From a bacterium (GTDB lineage: Bacteria > Zhuqueibacterota > Zhuqueibacteria > Residuimicrobiales > Krinioviventaceae), in NCBI GenBank assembly GCA_963675755.2, contig CAXXMD010000002.1, positions 544,001 through 608,000 of the forward strand: 64,000 nt of DNA. The letters are read 5' to 3'. Positions within the stretch are counted from its first letter, which is position 1, and the number at the start of each line of letters is the position of its first letter. Position numbers and translations under genes: made by a program. The notes under the pieces were generated by a model. The model searched no databases and was not told the origin of the DNA. It saw nothing but the letters and a program-made list of their open reading frames with translations. This document shows, piece after piece, positions 10,954 through 20,179 of the stretch.

Positions 10954-10982
10954 AATATACATATTCACAAATTGAATTGCAA
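10954..10982 (-). promoter_or_regulatory. Sigma70-type promoter of rnfB-nfu
   Basis: On the minus strand: TTGCAA, 17 bp spacer, TATATT. Confidence 0.55.
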
Positions 10983-11075
10983 GTTTTTAAATGATTTTAA
11001 AAATGGAATATTAAGTATTGAATTTCACCTTTTTTTTTTATATTAATAAAAAAAGGATGAATTAAAAAATATTGA

Positions 11076-11465
11076 ATGGTAATGCGTAAACAAATTCTTG
11101 TTGTTGATGATGAAAAGGAAATCCGAGAGATTCTTGAGATAACCTTCAAGGATGCGGGATTTTTTGTAACCGCTGTGGGCACAGGCGAAGAAGCAATTGA
11201 AATCTTTAAAAGGGATGAGTATCTGGTTGTGTTTCTGGATGTACGCCTGCCCGGGTTATCTGGTTTTGATATATGTCAGGAAATGAAAAAATTAAAACCA
11301 CATGCTTATATTGTTGCTATGACAGGGTATACAGATCTGTTTGATCAAAAAAAATGTCTTGAAGCCGGTTTTGATTATTATTTTCCAAAACCCTTTCGAT
11401 TTAAACATTTAATGGAATTGGCCCGAAATGCGCTTGAACGTGTTGAGTGGTGGAAAAAGTATTAA
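11076..11465 (+). CDS. Single-domain response regulator (CheY-like)
   Basis: ILVVDDE, VFLDVRLPG, AMTG, PKPF. Confidence 0.92.
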   Translation: MVMRKQILVVDDEKEIREILEITFKDAGFFVTAVGTGEEAIEIFKRDEYLVVFLDVRLPGLSGFDICQEMKKLKPHAYIVAMTGYTDLFDQKKCLEAGFDYYFPKPFRFKHLMELARNALERVEWWKKY

Positions 11466-11496
11466 TTGCAGATCATATTGAAGAGTAGAATACTGA

Positions 11497-12918
11497 ATGA
11501 TTACGTTACATAATAAATATGCAATCCTCATTGGAGTTCCTGCTTATTCTGACAGCATTAAACCCCTTTCTTATGCATTTAATGATGCTTATCGAATGTC
11601 TGCTGTGTTGAAAGAAGGGGGGTATTCCTTTAAAAAAGTCTTTTTGCTTTCGGCTCAAGATAAAGGTTCTGAACATATTTATGCTTCACCAACCCGTGAA
11701 AATATACTTTCAGTTGTTAAGCGCGTTGCTGAACTGGCACAGGAAGGTGATTCTATTTTATTCTATTTTTCCGGTCACGCAGTTGATATTTTAGGTAGAC
11801 CTTATTTAATTGCTTCTGATACGCAACTTGATTATTTACTGAGTTCAGCAATCTCTCTTTCAGAAATTTATGATCTATTAAAAAATTCAAAATGTGATCA
11901 GGTTTTTAGAATTTTTGATGTATGCCGTACCCACTTTGCCCAGGGGCGTACTTTAATTTCAAAAATGACTGAAAATAATCTTGCCGGCTTTACCGAGAAC
12001 TATCCGGGACATGCTACTTTTATATCGTGTTCACCGGGTGAATATGCACATGAATCAATTATACACAAGCAGGGTGTTTTTAGTTATTATCTAAATAATG
12101 CATTGAGTGGATTAGTTGAAAAAGAAGGCAATATTTTTTGGGACCTTGTGGCGGATTATGTTAAAATTAATGTTAATGATTGGTGCAGAGATAACGGGCA
12201 GCAACAAACGCCTATTGTAAGATCTTCTTTTAATCACCCCGTAGTAGTATGTCTGGCACCGTACAAGGAGAAACGTCAGTTTACTCCTAAAATTGAAATT
12301 GAAAAAGCTGCTCCCAACGAAATAGATCCTCAGGTTGATAAGAATGATACCATGATGGTTAATTCACAAAATGTAAATGCGTTATATCATAAAAATCAAA
12401 TAAAACCTGTTGTGAAAACCAAAAAACTGGTAACAGAAAATACATTCGAGAATGCACTAAAGGTGTTACTAGATTCTACGGATGGTTTTATTAAAGATTT
12501 TTCAAATCCAGCCATTTCTGTTTTTCGAACGGAACCCGTCAATCTTTCGATCATGTCTTATTTTGTAAATACGGAATTTCAAAAGTTTCTGGAATTGAAT
12601 AATCCGGATTTTAATATAGAGCAGAGTAAGGCATTACAAATTTTCTTTAAAAATACAATGTCAAATGTACCCCATACTTCATTATATATAAATTTGGTTA
12701 AATTTCCCCAATATTATTGGGTTTGGTATTGCCTACCATTTGAGACATTGAGGAGTGAGGGGGATTTTGTGCCCGCAAATCCTTTAAAGATTGATTATTT
12801 TTCATTACGTGAACCGCAAATATATGATCCTGTAAAAATTGGAAAAATTATTAGTGATATTTTCCGTGATTGTACGGAAACCATTATACAATGGATAAAA
12901 GAATTAAATATTAAATAA
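11497..12918 (+). CDS. Caspase-family (peptidase C14) protein with an unrecognised C-terminal domain
   Basis: YAILIGV...L.YA.NDA; FYFSGH (catalytic His); FDVCR (catalytic Cys); SCSPGEYAHE...GVFSYYL; QQTP. Confidence 0.85.
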   Translation: MITLHNKYAILIGVPAYSDSIKPLSYAFNDAYRMSAVLKEGGYSFKKVFLLSAQDKGSEHIYASPTRENILSVVKRVAELAQEGDSILFYFSGHAVDILGRPYLIASDTQLDYLLSSAISLSEIYDLLKNSKCDQVFRIFDVCRTHFAQGRTLISKMTENNLAGFTENYPGHATFISCSPGEYAHESIIHKQGVFSYYLNNALSGLVEKEGNIFWDLVADYVKINVNDWCRDNGQQQTPIVRSSFNHPVVVCLAPYKEKRQFTPKIEIEKAAPNEIDPQVDKNDTMMVNSQNVNALYHKNQIKPVVKTKKLVTENTFENALKVLLDSTDGFIKDFSNPAISVFRTEPVNLSIMSYFVNTEFQKFLELNNPDFNIEQSKALQIFFKNTMSNVPHTSLYINLVKFPQYYWVWYCLPFETLRSEGDFVPANPLKIDYFSLREPQIYDPVKIGKIISDIFRDCTETIIQWIKELNIK

Positions 12919-13053
12919 TTCGGGGAATTTTCCAAATTCAATCATGCCAAAAATGTAATTTAAGTTTACTATTGTAAAAAAAACTTGCACTAAACAAAAA
13001 ATTTTATTAAGTTTATTAGCTTTTGTGGTTCTGAAATCGTTTTTGGATAATAA

Positions 13054-14379
13054 ATGTTTAATGAAATTTCTGAAAAATTTGATGGCGTAATACGCAAGCT
13101 GAAAGGGCATGGTAAACTTTCGGAAAAGAATATTTCCGAAACCATGCGTGAGGTGCGTCGTGTATTGCTTGAAGCAGATGTGAATTATAAAGTTGCCAAG
13201 CAATTTATTGCAGATGTTCAGGAACGAGCCATTGGGCAGGAGGTAGTAAAAAGTATTACCCCGGGTCAACAAGTTGTTAAAATAATTCATGACGAGTTGA
13301 CAAAACTGATGGGAAGTAAAAACTCTCAGATTCAGTTTTCAAATAGAATTCCCGGTGTAGTAATGTTAGTCGGTTTGCAGGGATCTGGTAAAACTACATT
13401 TGCAGGCAAGTTAGGCATGCATTTACGATCTAAAAGTCGCAATCCTATGCTTGTTGCTGCTGATATTTACCGACCTGCCGCTATTCAACAGTTAAAAGTT
13501 GTTGGAAAAGCAACCAATAATACTACCTATTCTGAAGAAAGTAAAGACGCTGTAGCAATTTGTAAGAATGCTGTAGAGTTTGCTCGCAAGAATATTAAAG
13601 ATACTGTCATTATTGATACCGCAGGCCGTCTTCATATAGATGACGAAATGATGACAGAGCTTTTAAATATTAAAAATGCAGTTAATCCGGATGAGATCCT
13701 GTTCGTTGCAGATGGGATGACTGGTCAGGATGCTGTAAATACCGCAAAAACCTTTTTAGAAAAATTGGATTTTGACGGTGTTGTATTAACCAAAATGGAT
13801 GGTGACTCACGAGGTGGTGCGGCATTATCCATTCGGGCTGTTACTGGTAAACCAATAAAGTTCACCAGTATCGGTGAAAAATTTGATCAGCTTGAAGTTT
13901 TCTATCCCGACAGAATGGCTTCCCGTATTTTGGGAATGGGTGATATTGTTACTCTGGTAGAAAAAGCACAAGATGCTGTTGATGAAGAAAAGGCTTTAAA
14001 ACTTGAACGTAAATTGCGCAGGCAAGAGTTCACCCTCGAAGACTTTAAAGACCAGCTTCAGCAGATCAAAAAGATGGGACCCTTGCAAGATATTTTGGCA
14101 ATGATTCCCGGAATGCAAAATAAAGCTTTAAGCCAGGTCCAGGTTGACGATCGAGCTTTGGTCAAGGTTGAGGCTATTATTAATTCCATGACGCGTGATG
14201 AACGAAGACGTCCAACCGTTATGAATGGAAGTAGACGTAAACGTGTTGCACTTGGCAGCGGAACATCTGTTCAAGATGTTAATCGTGTGCTGAAGCAATT
14301 CGAAACCATGCAAAAAATGATGAAAATGATGAATAAAAAGGGCGGCAAGATGAACATGGGCATGCCGTTTGGATTTTAA
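13054..14379 (+). CDS. ffh: Signal recognition particle protein
   Basis: GLQGSGKTT, DTAGR, TKMDGDSRGGAALS; Met-rich M domain. Confidence 0.98.
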   Translation: MFNEISEKFDGVIRKLKGHGKLSEKNISETMREVRRVLLEADVNYKVAKQFIADVQERAIGQEVVKSITPGQQVVKIIHDELTKLMGSKNSQIQFSNRIPGVVMLVGLQGSGKTTFAGKLGMHLRSKSRNPMLVAADIYRPAAIQQLKVVGKATNNTTYSEESKDAVAICKNAVEFARKNIKDTVIIDTAGRLHIDDEMMTELLNIKNAVNPDEILFVADGMTGQDAVNTAKTFLEKLDFDGVVLTKMDGDSRGGAALSIRAVTGKPIKFTSIGEKFDQLEVFYPDRMASRILGMGDIVTLVEKAQDAVDEEKALKLERKLRRQEFTLEDFKDQLQQIKKMGPLQDILAMIPGMQNKALSQVQVDDRALVKVEAIINSMTRDERRRPTVMNGSRRKRVALGSGTSVQDVNRVLKQFETMQKMMKMMNKKGGKMNMGMPFGF

Positions 14380-14396
14380 AATGGAGGTACTACAGC

Positions 14397-14927
14397 TTGT
14401 CAGTTAAATTACGTTTAACCCGGATGGGTAGAAAAAAATTGCCTTATTATCGAATCGTGGCAATTGATTCCCGCAAACGTCGTGATGGTGAATACCTTGA
14501 TAAAATAGGTCATTATAATCCTGTAAGCGATCCGGTTGAAATTGTAATAGATAAAGAAAAAGCAATATCCTGGCTTGAAAAAGGTGCAATTCCTTCAGAT
14601 ACTGTTAAAAGTTTTATGAGCCGTAAAGGTATTTTGCTTGAATGGGACCTGAAAAAACAAGGTCTTGATGCCGATGCAATTGAAAAAGAATTGGCAAAAT
14701 GGCGTCAACAACAGGAAGACCGTACCAAACGTAAAGAAGCTATGGCAGCTATGAAGCAGCGTGAAGTTGAAAATGAAGTTGCTAAAAAAGAAGCAGAAGA
14801 GAAAGCTCAGGCAGAAGCTGATGCCGCTGCTGCAGCAGCAGAAGCTGAAGCAGAAGAAGTAGCTGAAGAAGCACCTGCTGAAGAACCTGAAGCTGATGCT
14901 GAATCTGAAGATAAAGTTGAAGAATAG
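14397..14927 (+). CDS. rpsP: 30S ribosomal protein S16 with a long Ala/Glu-rich C-terminal extension
   Basis: VKLRLTRMGRKKLPYYRIVAIDSR; TTG start after GGAGG RBS. Confidence 0.97.
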   Translation: MSVKLRLTRMGRKKLPYYRIVAIDSRKRRDGEYLDKIGHYNPVSDPVEIVIDKEKAISWLEKGAIPSDTVKSFMSRKGILLEWDLKKQGLDADAIEKELAKWRQQQEDRTKRKEAMAAMKQREVENEVAKKEAEEKAQAEADAAAAAAEAEAEEVAEEAPAEEPEADAESEDKVEE

Positions 14928-14948
14928 TAGCAGGTAGGATTTATTCTT

Positions 14949-15488
14949 TTGGATCAGTCAGTTTCTAAATCAGATTTGCCGGAATATGTTGTCATTGGCC
15001 GAGTTACAAAACCTCATGGTATACGTGGTGCTGTTAAAGTAGAGCCAATTACTGATGATCCTGAAAGATTCAAGCTATTAGAATCTGTTTATCTTGCCAA
15101 ATCAGATACTGAAAGAGAAATTTATCAGATATCTGGTATTCAGTATGGTAATAAACAGTTGATCATTTCTTTTGATAATATAGAGTCAAGAAATGATGCT
15201 GAAACTTTACGAGGTCTTTTCATAGAGATTCCGCGATCAGAGTGCTTGCCATTAGATGAAGGCTCCTATTATTATTTTGAATTAATAGGATATACTGTTA
15301 AAACAGATTCAGGCGAGGTTGTTGGTACACTAGATGATGTGTATGAATATCCAGCTAGTGATATGTTTGTGATCCATAAAGATGATAAAGAAATTCTGAT
15401 TCCTGTTATTGATGAATTTATTGATAATGTTGATAATTCAGCCGGTGTGATTACAATAAAACCGGTTGAAGGTTTATTAGAACAATAG
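14949..15488 (+). CDS. rimM: Ribosome maturation factor RimM
   Basis: IGRVTKPHGIRG; PRC-barrel with EILIPVI; lies between rpsP and trmD. Confidence 0.95.
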   Translation: MDQSVSKSDLPEYVVIGRVTKPHGIRGAVKVEPITDDPERFKLLESVYLAKSDTEREIYQISGIQYGNKQLIISFDNIESRNDAETLRGLFIEIPRSECLPLDEGSYYYFELIGYTVKTDSGEVVGTLDDVYEYPASDMFVIHKDDKEILIPVIDEFIDNVDNSAGVITIKPVEGLLEQ

Positions 15489-15494
15489 AGTGCT

Positions 15495-16187
15495 TTGGAA
15501 ATACATGTAATTACAGGCTTGCCCAAAATTTTAACGGGCCCACTTACGGAGAGTATAATAGAAAAAGCACAGTCTAAGGGACTGTTGCACCTTTATATTC
15601 ACAATATCAGAGATTATGCTGAAGATAAATACAAGCAGATTGATGATTATCCTTATGGTGGTGGAGCTGGAATGATTTTGAAACCAGAGCCCTTGTTCAA
15701 ATGTTTCAAAGATATCCAGGAACGTTTTGATCTTTTAGATACTCCGGTCACTTTGATGACACCAGCTGGCGATACTTTTAATCAAAGTAAAGCTGTAGAA
15801 TTTTCTTTACGTGATAAGATGGTTTTTCTTTGCGGCCATTATAAAGGTATTGATCAGCGGGTAATAGATACTTTTGTTACTGAACAAGTGTCAATTGGTG
15901 ATTATGTGCTTACTGGTGGTGAACTTGCCGCCATGTGTATAATTGATGCCGTTACCCGGTTGCTGCCGGGTGTAATAGGCGATTTTGATTCAGCAGATAC
16001 TGATTCTTTTCAAACCGGATTGCTTGATCATCCTCATTATACACGGCCTTCTGAATATGAAGGTCAAAAAGTACCGGAAGTGTTACTTTCAGGCAATCAT
16101 AAACTTATTGATGCCTGGAAACAGGAAAAGTCACTAAATGTGACAAAGGAAAAACGTCCAGATCTATACAATAAATATGTTAATTAA
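15495..16187 (+). CDS. trmD: tRNA (guanine37-N1)-methyltransferase
   Basis: DDYPYGGGAGM, CGHYKGID, SIGDYVLTGGE, VPEVLLSGNH. Confidence 0.97.
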   Translation: MEIHVITGLPKILTGPLTESIIEKAQSKGLLHLYIHNIRDYAEDKYKQIDDYPYGGGAGMILKPEPLFKCFKDIQERFDLLDTPVTLMTPAGDTFNQSKAVEFSLRDKMVFLCGHYKGIDQRVIDTFVTEQVSIGDYVLTGGELAAMCIIDAVTRLLPGVIGDFDSADTDSFQTGLLDHPHYTRPSEYEGQKVPEVLLSGNHKLIDAWKQEKSLNVTKEKRPDLYNKYVN

Positions 16188-16226
16188 AAGTGAAATATAT
16201 AACCCTCTTTGTAAAGGAGGCTTGAA

Positions 16227-16574
16227 ATGAACAAATTGGATGCGGTATCCGCTTCTCAAACAAAATCTGATATTCCTGTATTCAAAGCCGGTGATACAGT
16301 AAATGTACACGTTAAGGTTATTGAAGGGGATAAAGAAAGAATCCAGGTTTTTCAGGGTGTAGTGATCAATCGCAAAGGTTCAGGTGTAAATGAAATGTTT
16401 ACCGTTCGTAAAATTTCAAATGGTGTAGGCGTTGAACGTATTTTCCCACTCCATTCACCCAATATTGCTAAAATCGAAACCTTGAGAATTGGTAAAGTTA
16501 GAAGAGCCAAATTGTACTATCTTCGTAGTTTGCGTGGTAAAGCTGCCAGAATTGAAGAAAAGCGTGCAAATTAG
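16227..16574 (+). CDS. rplS: 50S ribosomal protein L19
   Basis: [39 protein letters not shown]. Confidence 0.98.
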   Translation: MNKLDAVSASQTKSDIPVFKAGDTVNVHVKVIEGDKERIQVFQGVVINRKGSGVNEMFTVRKISNGVGVERIFPLHSPNIAKIETLRIGKVRRAKLYYLRSLRGKAARIEEKRAN

Positions 16575-16597
16575 GTTTTAAAAAAAAAGTTTTAAAT

Positions 16598-16635
16598 AAA
16601 AAAACCGGTATTAATACTGAATATCGGTTTTTTTT
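16598..16635 (+). terminator. Intrinsic terminator of the ffh-rplS operon
   Basis: AAAAAAACCGGTATT / AATATCGGTTTTTTT hairpin with T tail. Confidence 0.75.
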
Positions 16636-16726
16636 ATTGCACTTGATGAATATTATTCATATTTATCAATATAATAAAACAACGTTTAAATCTCTAAGCA
16701 TTAAACACAATTCAAGGAGAAACACC

Positions 16727-18400
16727 ATGGATTTCCCTGAAAAGCGAACTCTTCAAGAGATTTTCAAAAACACTATCAACTTGTATTCCAATGAAATTGC
16801 TATGGGTTTTGTGGATGAAGAATCCATAACCTATAAAAATTTTGGAAACCAGGCTTCCAGAATGGCCAAATCATTACTTGCATTAGGCGTAAGAAAGGGA
16901 GACAGGGTTGCCATTCTAAGTGAGAATTCTCCTCGTTGGGGCATTTCCTATTTTGCAATAGCTGCTTTGGCAGGAGCAGTAGTAGTACCTGTTTTACCGG
17001 ATTTTCATAAAAATGAAGTTCATCATATTATTAGAAATTCTGGTGCCAAAGTTTTAGTGCTTTCTAGTAAACTTGCTCATAAAGTTGTCGATACGGATTT
17101 CAAAACACTTGAAAACGTAATCGCCATTGATGATAAAAAACTTGGTCTCAAGGGATACAAGATCAATACTTTTACAGAATTGCAAGATACTTCCACTTTA
17201 AAGTCGGATAAATATAATCTGGATGACATTGAAATTAACGAAGACGATCTTTTAGAAATCCTCTATACTTCTGGCACAACAGGGCACTCTAAAGGTGTAA
17301 TGTTGACCCATCGTGGAATTATATCAAATGCTTATTCTGCTAGAATGGTAATTGATATCCGTACAAATGATAGATTATTATCTATTTTACCCATTTCTCA
17401 TTCATATGAATGTACTTGTGGTTTTATTGCACCATTTTCTGCCGGTAGTAAAATGTATTACATTAAAGGTTTACCTACAGCGCAAACCCTTCTTCCAGCG
17501 GTTGCTAAAATCAAACCTACTATACTTTTATCCGTACCCTTGATTATGGACAAGATTTATAAAAAGAAGGTCTTGTCCGAAATCAAATCTAAACCCGTTG
17601 CAAATCGTTTGTATCAAATACCCGCTATGCGCAAGGTGATTAACAAAGTTGCCGGTAAGAAATTATACAAAGCATTTGGTGGACAATTGCGTTTTATGGT
17701 TTTTGGAGGTGCTGCTACTCCTATTGATGTAGAAAACTTTTTAACAGAAGGTGGTTTCCCTTATATTTGTGGTTATGGATTAACTGAAACTGCCCCATTA
17801 TTAACAGTGAATCCTCCTGGAAAAGGCGTTATTGGTTCTGCCGGAATAATCGTTCCAGAAGTAGAGCTTAATATTTACGATCCTGATCCCAATACTGGTA
17901 TTGGTGAGATAACGGCCAAAGGTCCCAATATTATGAAGGGATATTACAGAAATGAAGAAGCCACTAAAAACACTTTTACAGAAGATGGCTGGTTGATAAC
18001 CGGTGACAAGGGTATTATTGATGACAAGGGTTACCTGTTTATCAAAGGTCGTTCAAAAAATCTGATTGTTGGCCCAAGCGGTGAAAATATTTATCCGGAA
18101 GAAATTGAATTTCATATGTCAGAAAATACTTATGTTTTAGAAGCCCTGGTATATGAAAAAGAAGGCAAGGTAGTGGCAAAAGCATATCTTGATTTTGATG
18201 CTATTGATAAAGATCATAATTATTATGAAATGAATGAAAAAGATGCCGCAGATTTGTTGAAAAATATTTTGGAGACAATTCGAAAGGATGTTAATACCAA
18301 AGTTGCATCTTATAGCAGGATTCACAATATAGTTGAACAACGAGAAGAATTTGAAAAGACACCAACAAAAAAGATAAAACGATATTTATACACGAATTAA
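16727..18400 (+). CDS. Long-chain-fatty-acid--CoA ligase (AMP-binding family)
   Basis: YTSGTTGHSKGV, GYGLTET, TGDKG..GRSKN; start moved to ATG 16727 after AAGGAG. Confidence 0.9.
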   Translation: MDFPEKRTLQEIFKNTINLYSNEIAMGFVDEESITYKNFGNQASRMAKSLLALGVRKGDRVAILSENSPRWGISYFAIAALAGAVVVPVLPDFHKNEVHHIIRNSGAKVLVLSSKLAHKVVDTDFKTLENVIAIDDKKLGLKGYKINTFTELQDTSTLKSDKYNLDDIEINEDDLLEILYTSGTTGHSKGVMLTHRGIISNAYSARMVIDIRTNDRLLSILPISHSYECTCGFIAPFSAGSKMYYIKGLPTAQTLLPAVAKIKPTILLSVPLIMDKIYKKKVLSEIKSKPVANRLYQIPAMRKVINKVAGKKLYKAFGGQLRFMVFGGAATPIDVENFLTEGGFPYICGYGLTETAPLLTVNPPGKGVIGSAGIIVPEVELNIYDPDPNTGIGEITAKGPNIMKGYYRNEEATKNTFTEDGWLITGDKGIIDDKGYLFIKGRSKNLIVGPSGENIYPEEIEFHMSENTYVLEALVYEKEGKVVAKAYLDFDAIDKDHNYYEMNEKDAADLLKNILETIRKDVNTKVASYSRIHNIVEQREEFEKTPTKKIKRYLYTN

Positions 18401-18436
18401 AAAAAAAGCCGTTGAAAATTTCAACGGCTTTTTTTT
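18400..18436. terminator. Bidirectional intrinsic terminator
   Basis: AAAAAAAAGCCGTTGAAA / TTTCAACGGCTTTTTTTT inverted repeat between convergent genes. Confidence 0.88.
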
Positions 18437-18443
18437 AATGTAT

Positions 18444-18881
18444 TTAACGATTTTGTACGAGAACTCTTTCTCCGTCCTCAAATACAACACTCATTTTCGA
18501 ATTATTTACAATTTCTTTGACAACACCTAGTCCAAATTTTGCATGGTTAATTGCATCATGTTCTGTAAAGGATTTCGTCATCTCGTATTCTTCGGGATTA
18601 TCGGTATCAACCTTGTTACATAGACGGGTCCATTTTCTCTGTTCGGGAGTTTTGGAAGCGGCTTTGGTAGCAGTTTTTTTAGTAGTACTGCTTTTCTTTG
18701 TTGTTGTTTTTGTTTCAAGGTCAGGTGAACGATATCGATGAGAACTGTTACAACTTTTACAAAGGGCTTTATAAGGTTTGTCGCTTTTGATTACTTCGAT
18801 GACATGTACTGTGGCATCTTTACATTTTCCGCACATTGCTTCAATTTCTTGTCCCACAGCATATGACTTGGATTCGGACAT
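18444..18881 (-). CDS. Hypothetical protein: CxxC/CxxC zinc ribbon, Lys/Thr linker and PcrA/UvrD-type Tudor-like C-terminus
   Basis: CGKC...CKSC; TTTKKSSTTKKTATK linker; INHAKFGLGVV...VVFEDGERVL. Confidence 0.8.
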   Translation of the reverse strand: MSESKSYAVGQEIEAMCGKCKDATVHVIEVIKSDKPYKALCKSCNSSHRYRSPDLETKTTTKKSSTTKKTATKAASKTPEQRKWTRLCNKVDTDNPEEYEMTKSFTEHDAINHAKFGLGVVKEIVNNSKMSVVFEDGERVLVQNR

Positions 18882-19021
18882 AACTTTTTCCTTTGATTTG
18901 TTATGATATCTATTTTATTTCTCGCAGACTCAATTATAAATGTAAAAAAAATATTTGAATAAAGCAAGGAATGTTTTAACTTATAAAGTTTCAATCGTTT
19001 ATATATTAATTAGGATCAATT

Positions 19022-19474
19022 ATGTCTCTACTGCTACAGTCTATTGGTATTAGTCTTGTTCTTGCTGTTTTCATTTCCGAATTAACCGGGTTATCAGCAG
19101 CCGGATTAATTGTCCCTGGATACTTTGCTTATTATTGGGGAGATCCTGTTCATTTGCTTTTGATCGTATTTGCTACGATTTATACTTGGCTTACCGAACG
19201 ATTTGTTTCCCGGTTTACTATAATGTTTGGTAAACGTGTTTTTGCTTTAACTTTATTATCAAGCTTTGTGTTTATGTATTTAATGGAAAATATCCTTTAT
19301 AATATAGGTTTCCAAATTACCCATATGGGTGATGCTATTGGATATTTTATTCCTGCTTTAATTGTTATATATATTGGTGCTAATGGATTTTTGAATACAT
19401 TTCTATCCTTAGCTTTACTTACATTACTAGTACGAATAATAATGATAGTCTTAATATCTTTGAATTTTATTTAA
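19022..19474 (+). CDS. pgsC: Poly-gamma-glutamate biosynthesis PgsC/CapC-family membrane protein
   Basis: ELTGLSAAGLIVPGYFA, FGKRVF and IGYFIPALI motifs; about 5 TM helices. Confidence 0.75.
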   Translation: MSLLLQSIGISLVLAVFISELTGLSAAGLIVPGYFAYYWGDPVHLLLIVFATIYTWLTERFVSRFTIMFGKRVFALTLLSSFVFMYLMENILYNIGFQITHMGDAIGYFIPALIVIYIGANGFLNTFLSLALLTLLVRIIMIVLISLNFI

Positions 19475-19476
19475 AT

Positions 19477-20106
19477 TTATCTTTTTAACAACTTGAATGC
19501 AATATTGGGACCAAGTTGTTCTTTGTATGCTAAACTTATCCATAACATTGCAAGAGCTTCTAAATTTCTTGCTGCATCAATCTCACCGGCATCAATAACT
19601 TCAAAACCCAATTCAATCGCTAATAATTTTACTGTCTTTTTAGCGTTTTTATCGTTGCCACAGATAAACATGGTCGCTTGTTCAATACCAAACATGGCAT
19701 CCATCATATTTCCGGAACCTGTTGAGTTGAATGCTTTGACAACATTTGCTTGGGGAACTCTGTCAGCAATAATTTCTGCAGCAGATTTACAATTTTCAAA
19801 TTCGATTAAAGTGAGATCTGAATTTAAAGGATTTGTACAGTCCACAATAGTCTTTTTATCAAGCTTTCCAAGTTTTTCTATTGTGTTCAAGGTAGATGAC
19901 CAGGGTGTAGCTAGAACAATTACCTCTGATTGTGATGCGGCTTTATCAATGTCTACTGCTATACTATTGTTACATTCTTTTAATAAAGAGAGTACCTTGG
20001 GGGATTTTGGATTCCTTGAACCAAATGTAATTTCATGGTTCATTGCAGACCAGCGTTTTCCCAGTGCTGTTCCTACTGCTCCGGTGCCAATAATGGAAAT
20101 TTTCAT
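19477..20106 (-). CDS. NADP-binding oxidoreductase, F420-dependent NADP reductase-like family
   Basis: IIGTGAVG Rossmann motif, GSR, VLATP, VDCTNPL, VVKAFN, DAG. Confidence 0.85.
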   Translation of the reverse strand: MKISIIGTGAVGTALGKRWSAMNHEITFGSRNPKSPKVLSLLKECNNSIAVDIDKAASQSEVIVLATPWSSTLNTIEKLGKLDKKTIVDCTNPLNSDLTLIEFENCKSAAEIIADRVPQANVVKAFNSTGSGNMMDAMFGIEQATMFICGNDKNAKKTVKLLAIELGFEVIDAGEIDAARNLEALAMLWISLAYKEQLGPNIAFKLLKR

Positions 20107-20179
20107 AGAACCTCCTGATTATTGTTTTGTATTATCTAAACAACTAATCAAGAGTATTTATTTTATATAATTGGTTTAA

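Noticed and set aside
12919-13053. SRP RNA or other ncRNA upstream of ffh
   Set aside because: Very AT-rich, with no GC-rich stem or SRP helix 8 motif; it looks like a plain promoter region
19477-20106. Evidence for coenzyme F420 metabolism
   Set aside because: This family is widespread in organisms without F420, and there are no cof or fbi genes in the window
19493-20170. 225-aa plus-strand ORF
   Set aside because: Antisense shadow of the minus-strand oxidoreductase, with no motifs
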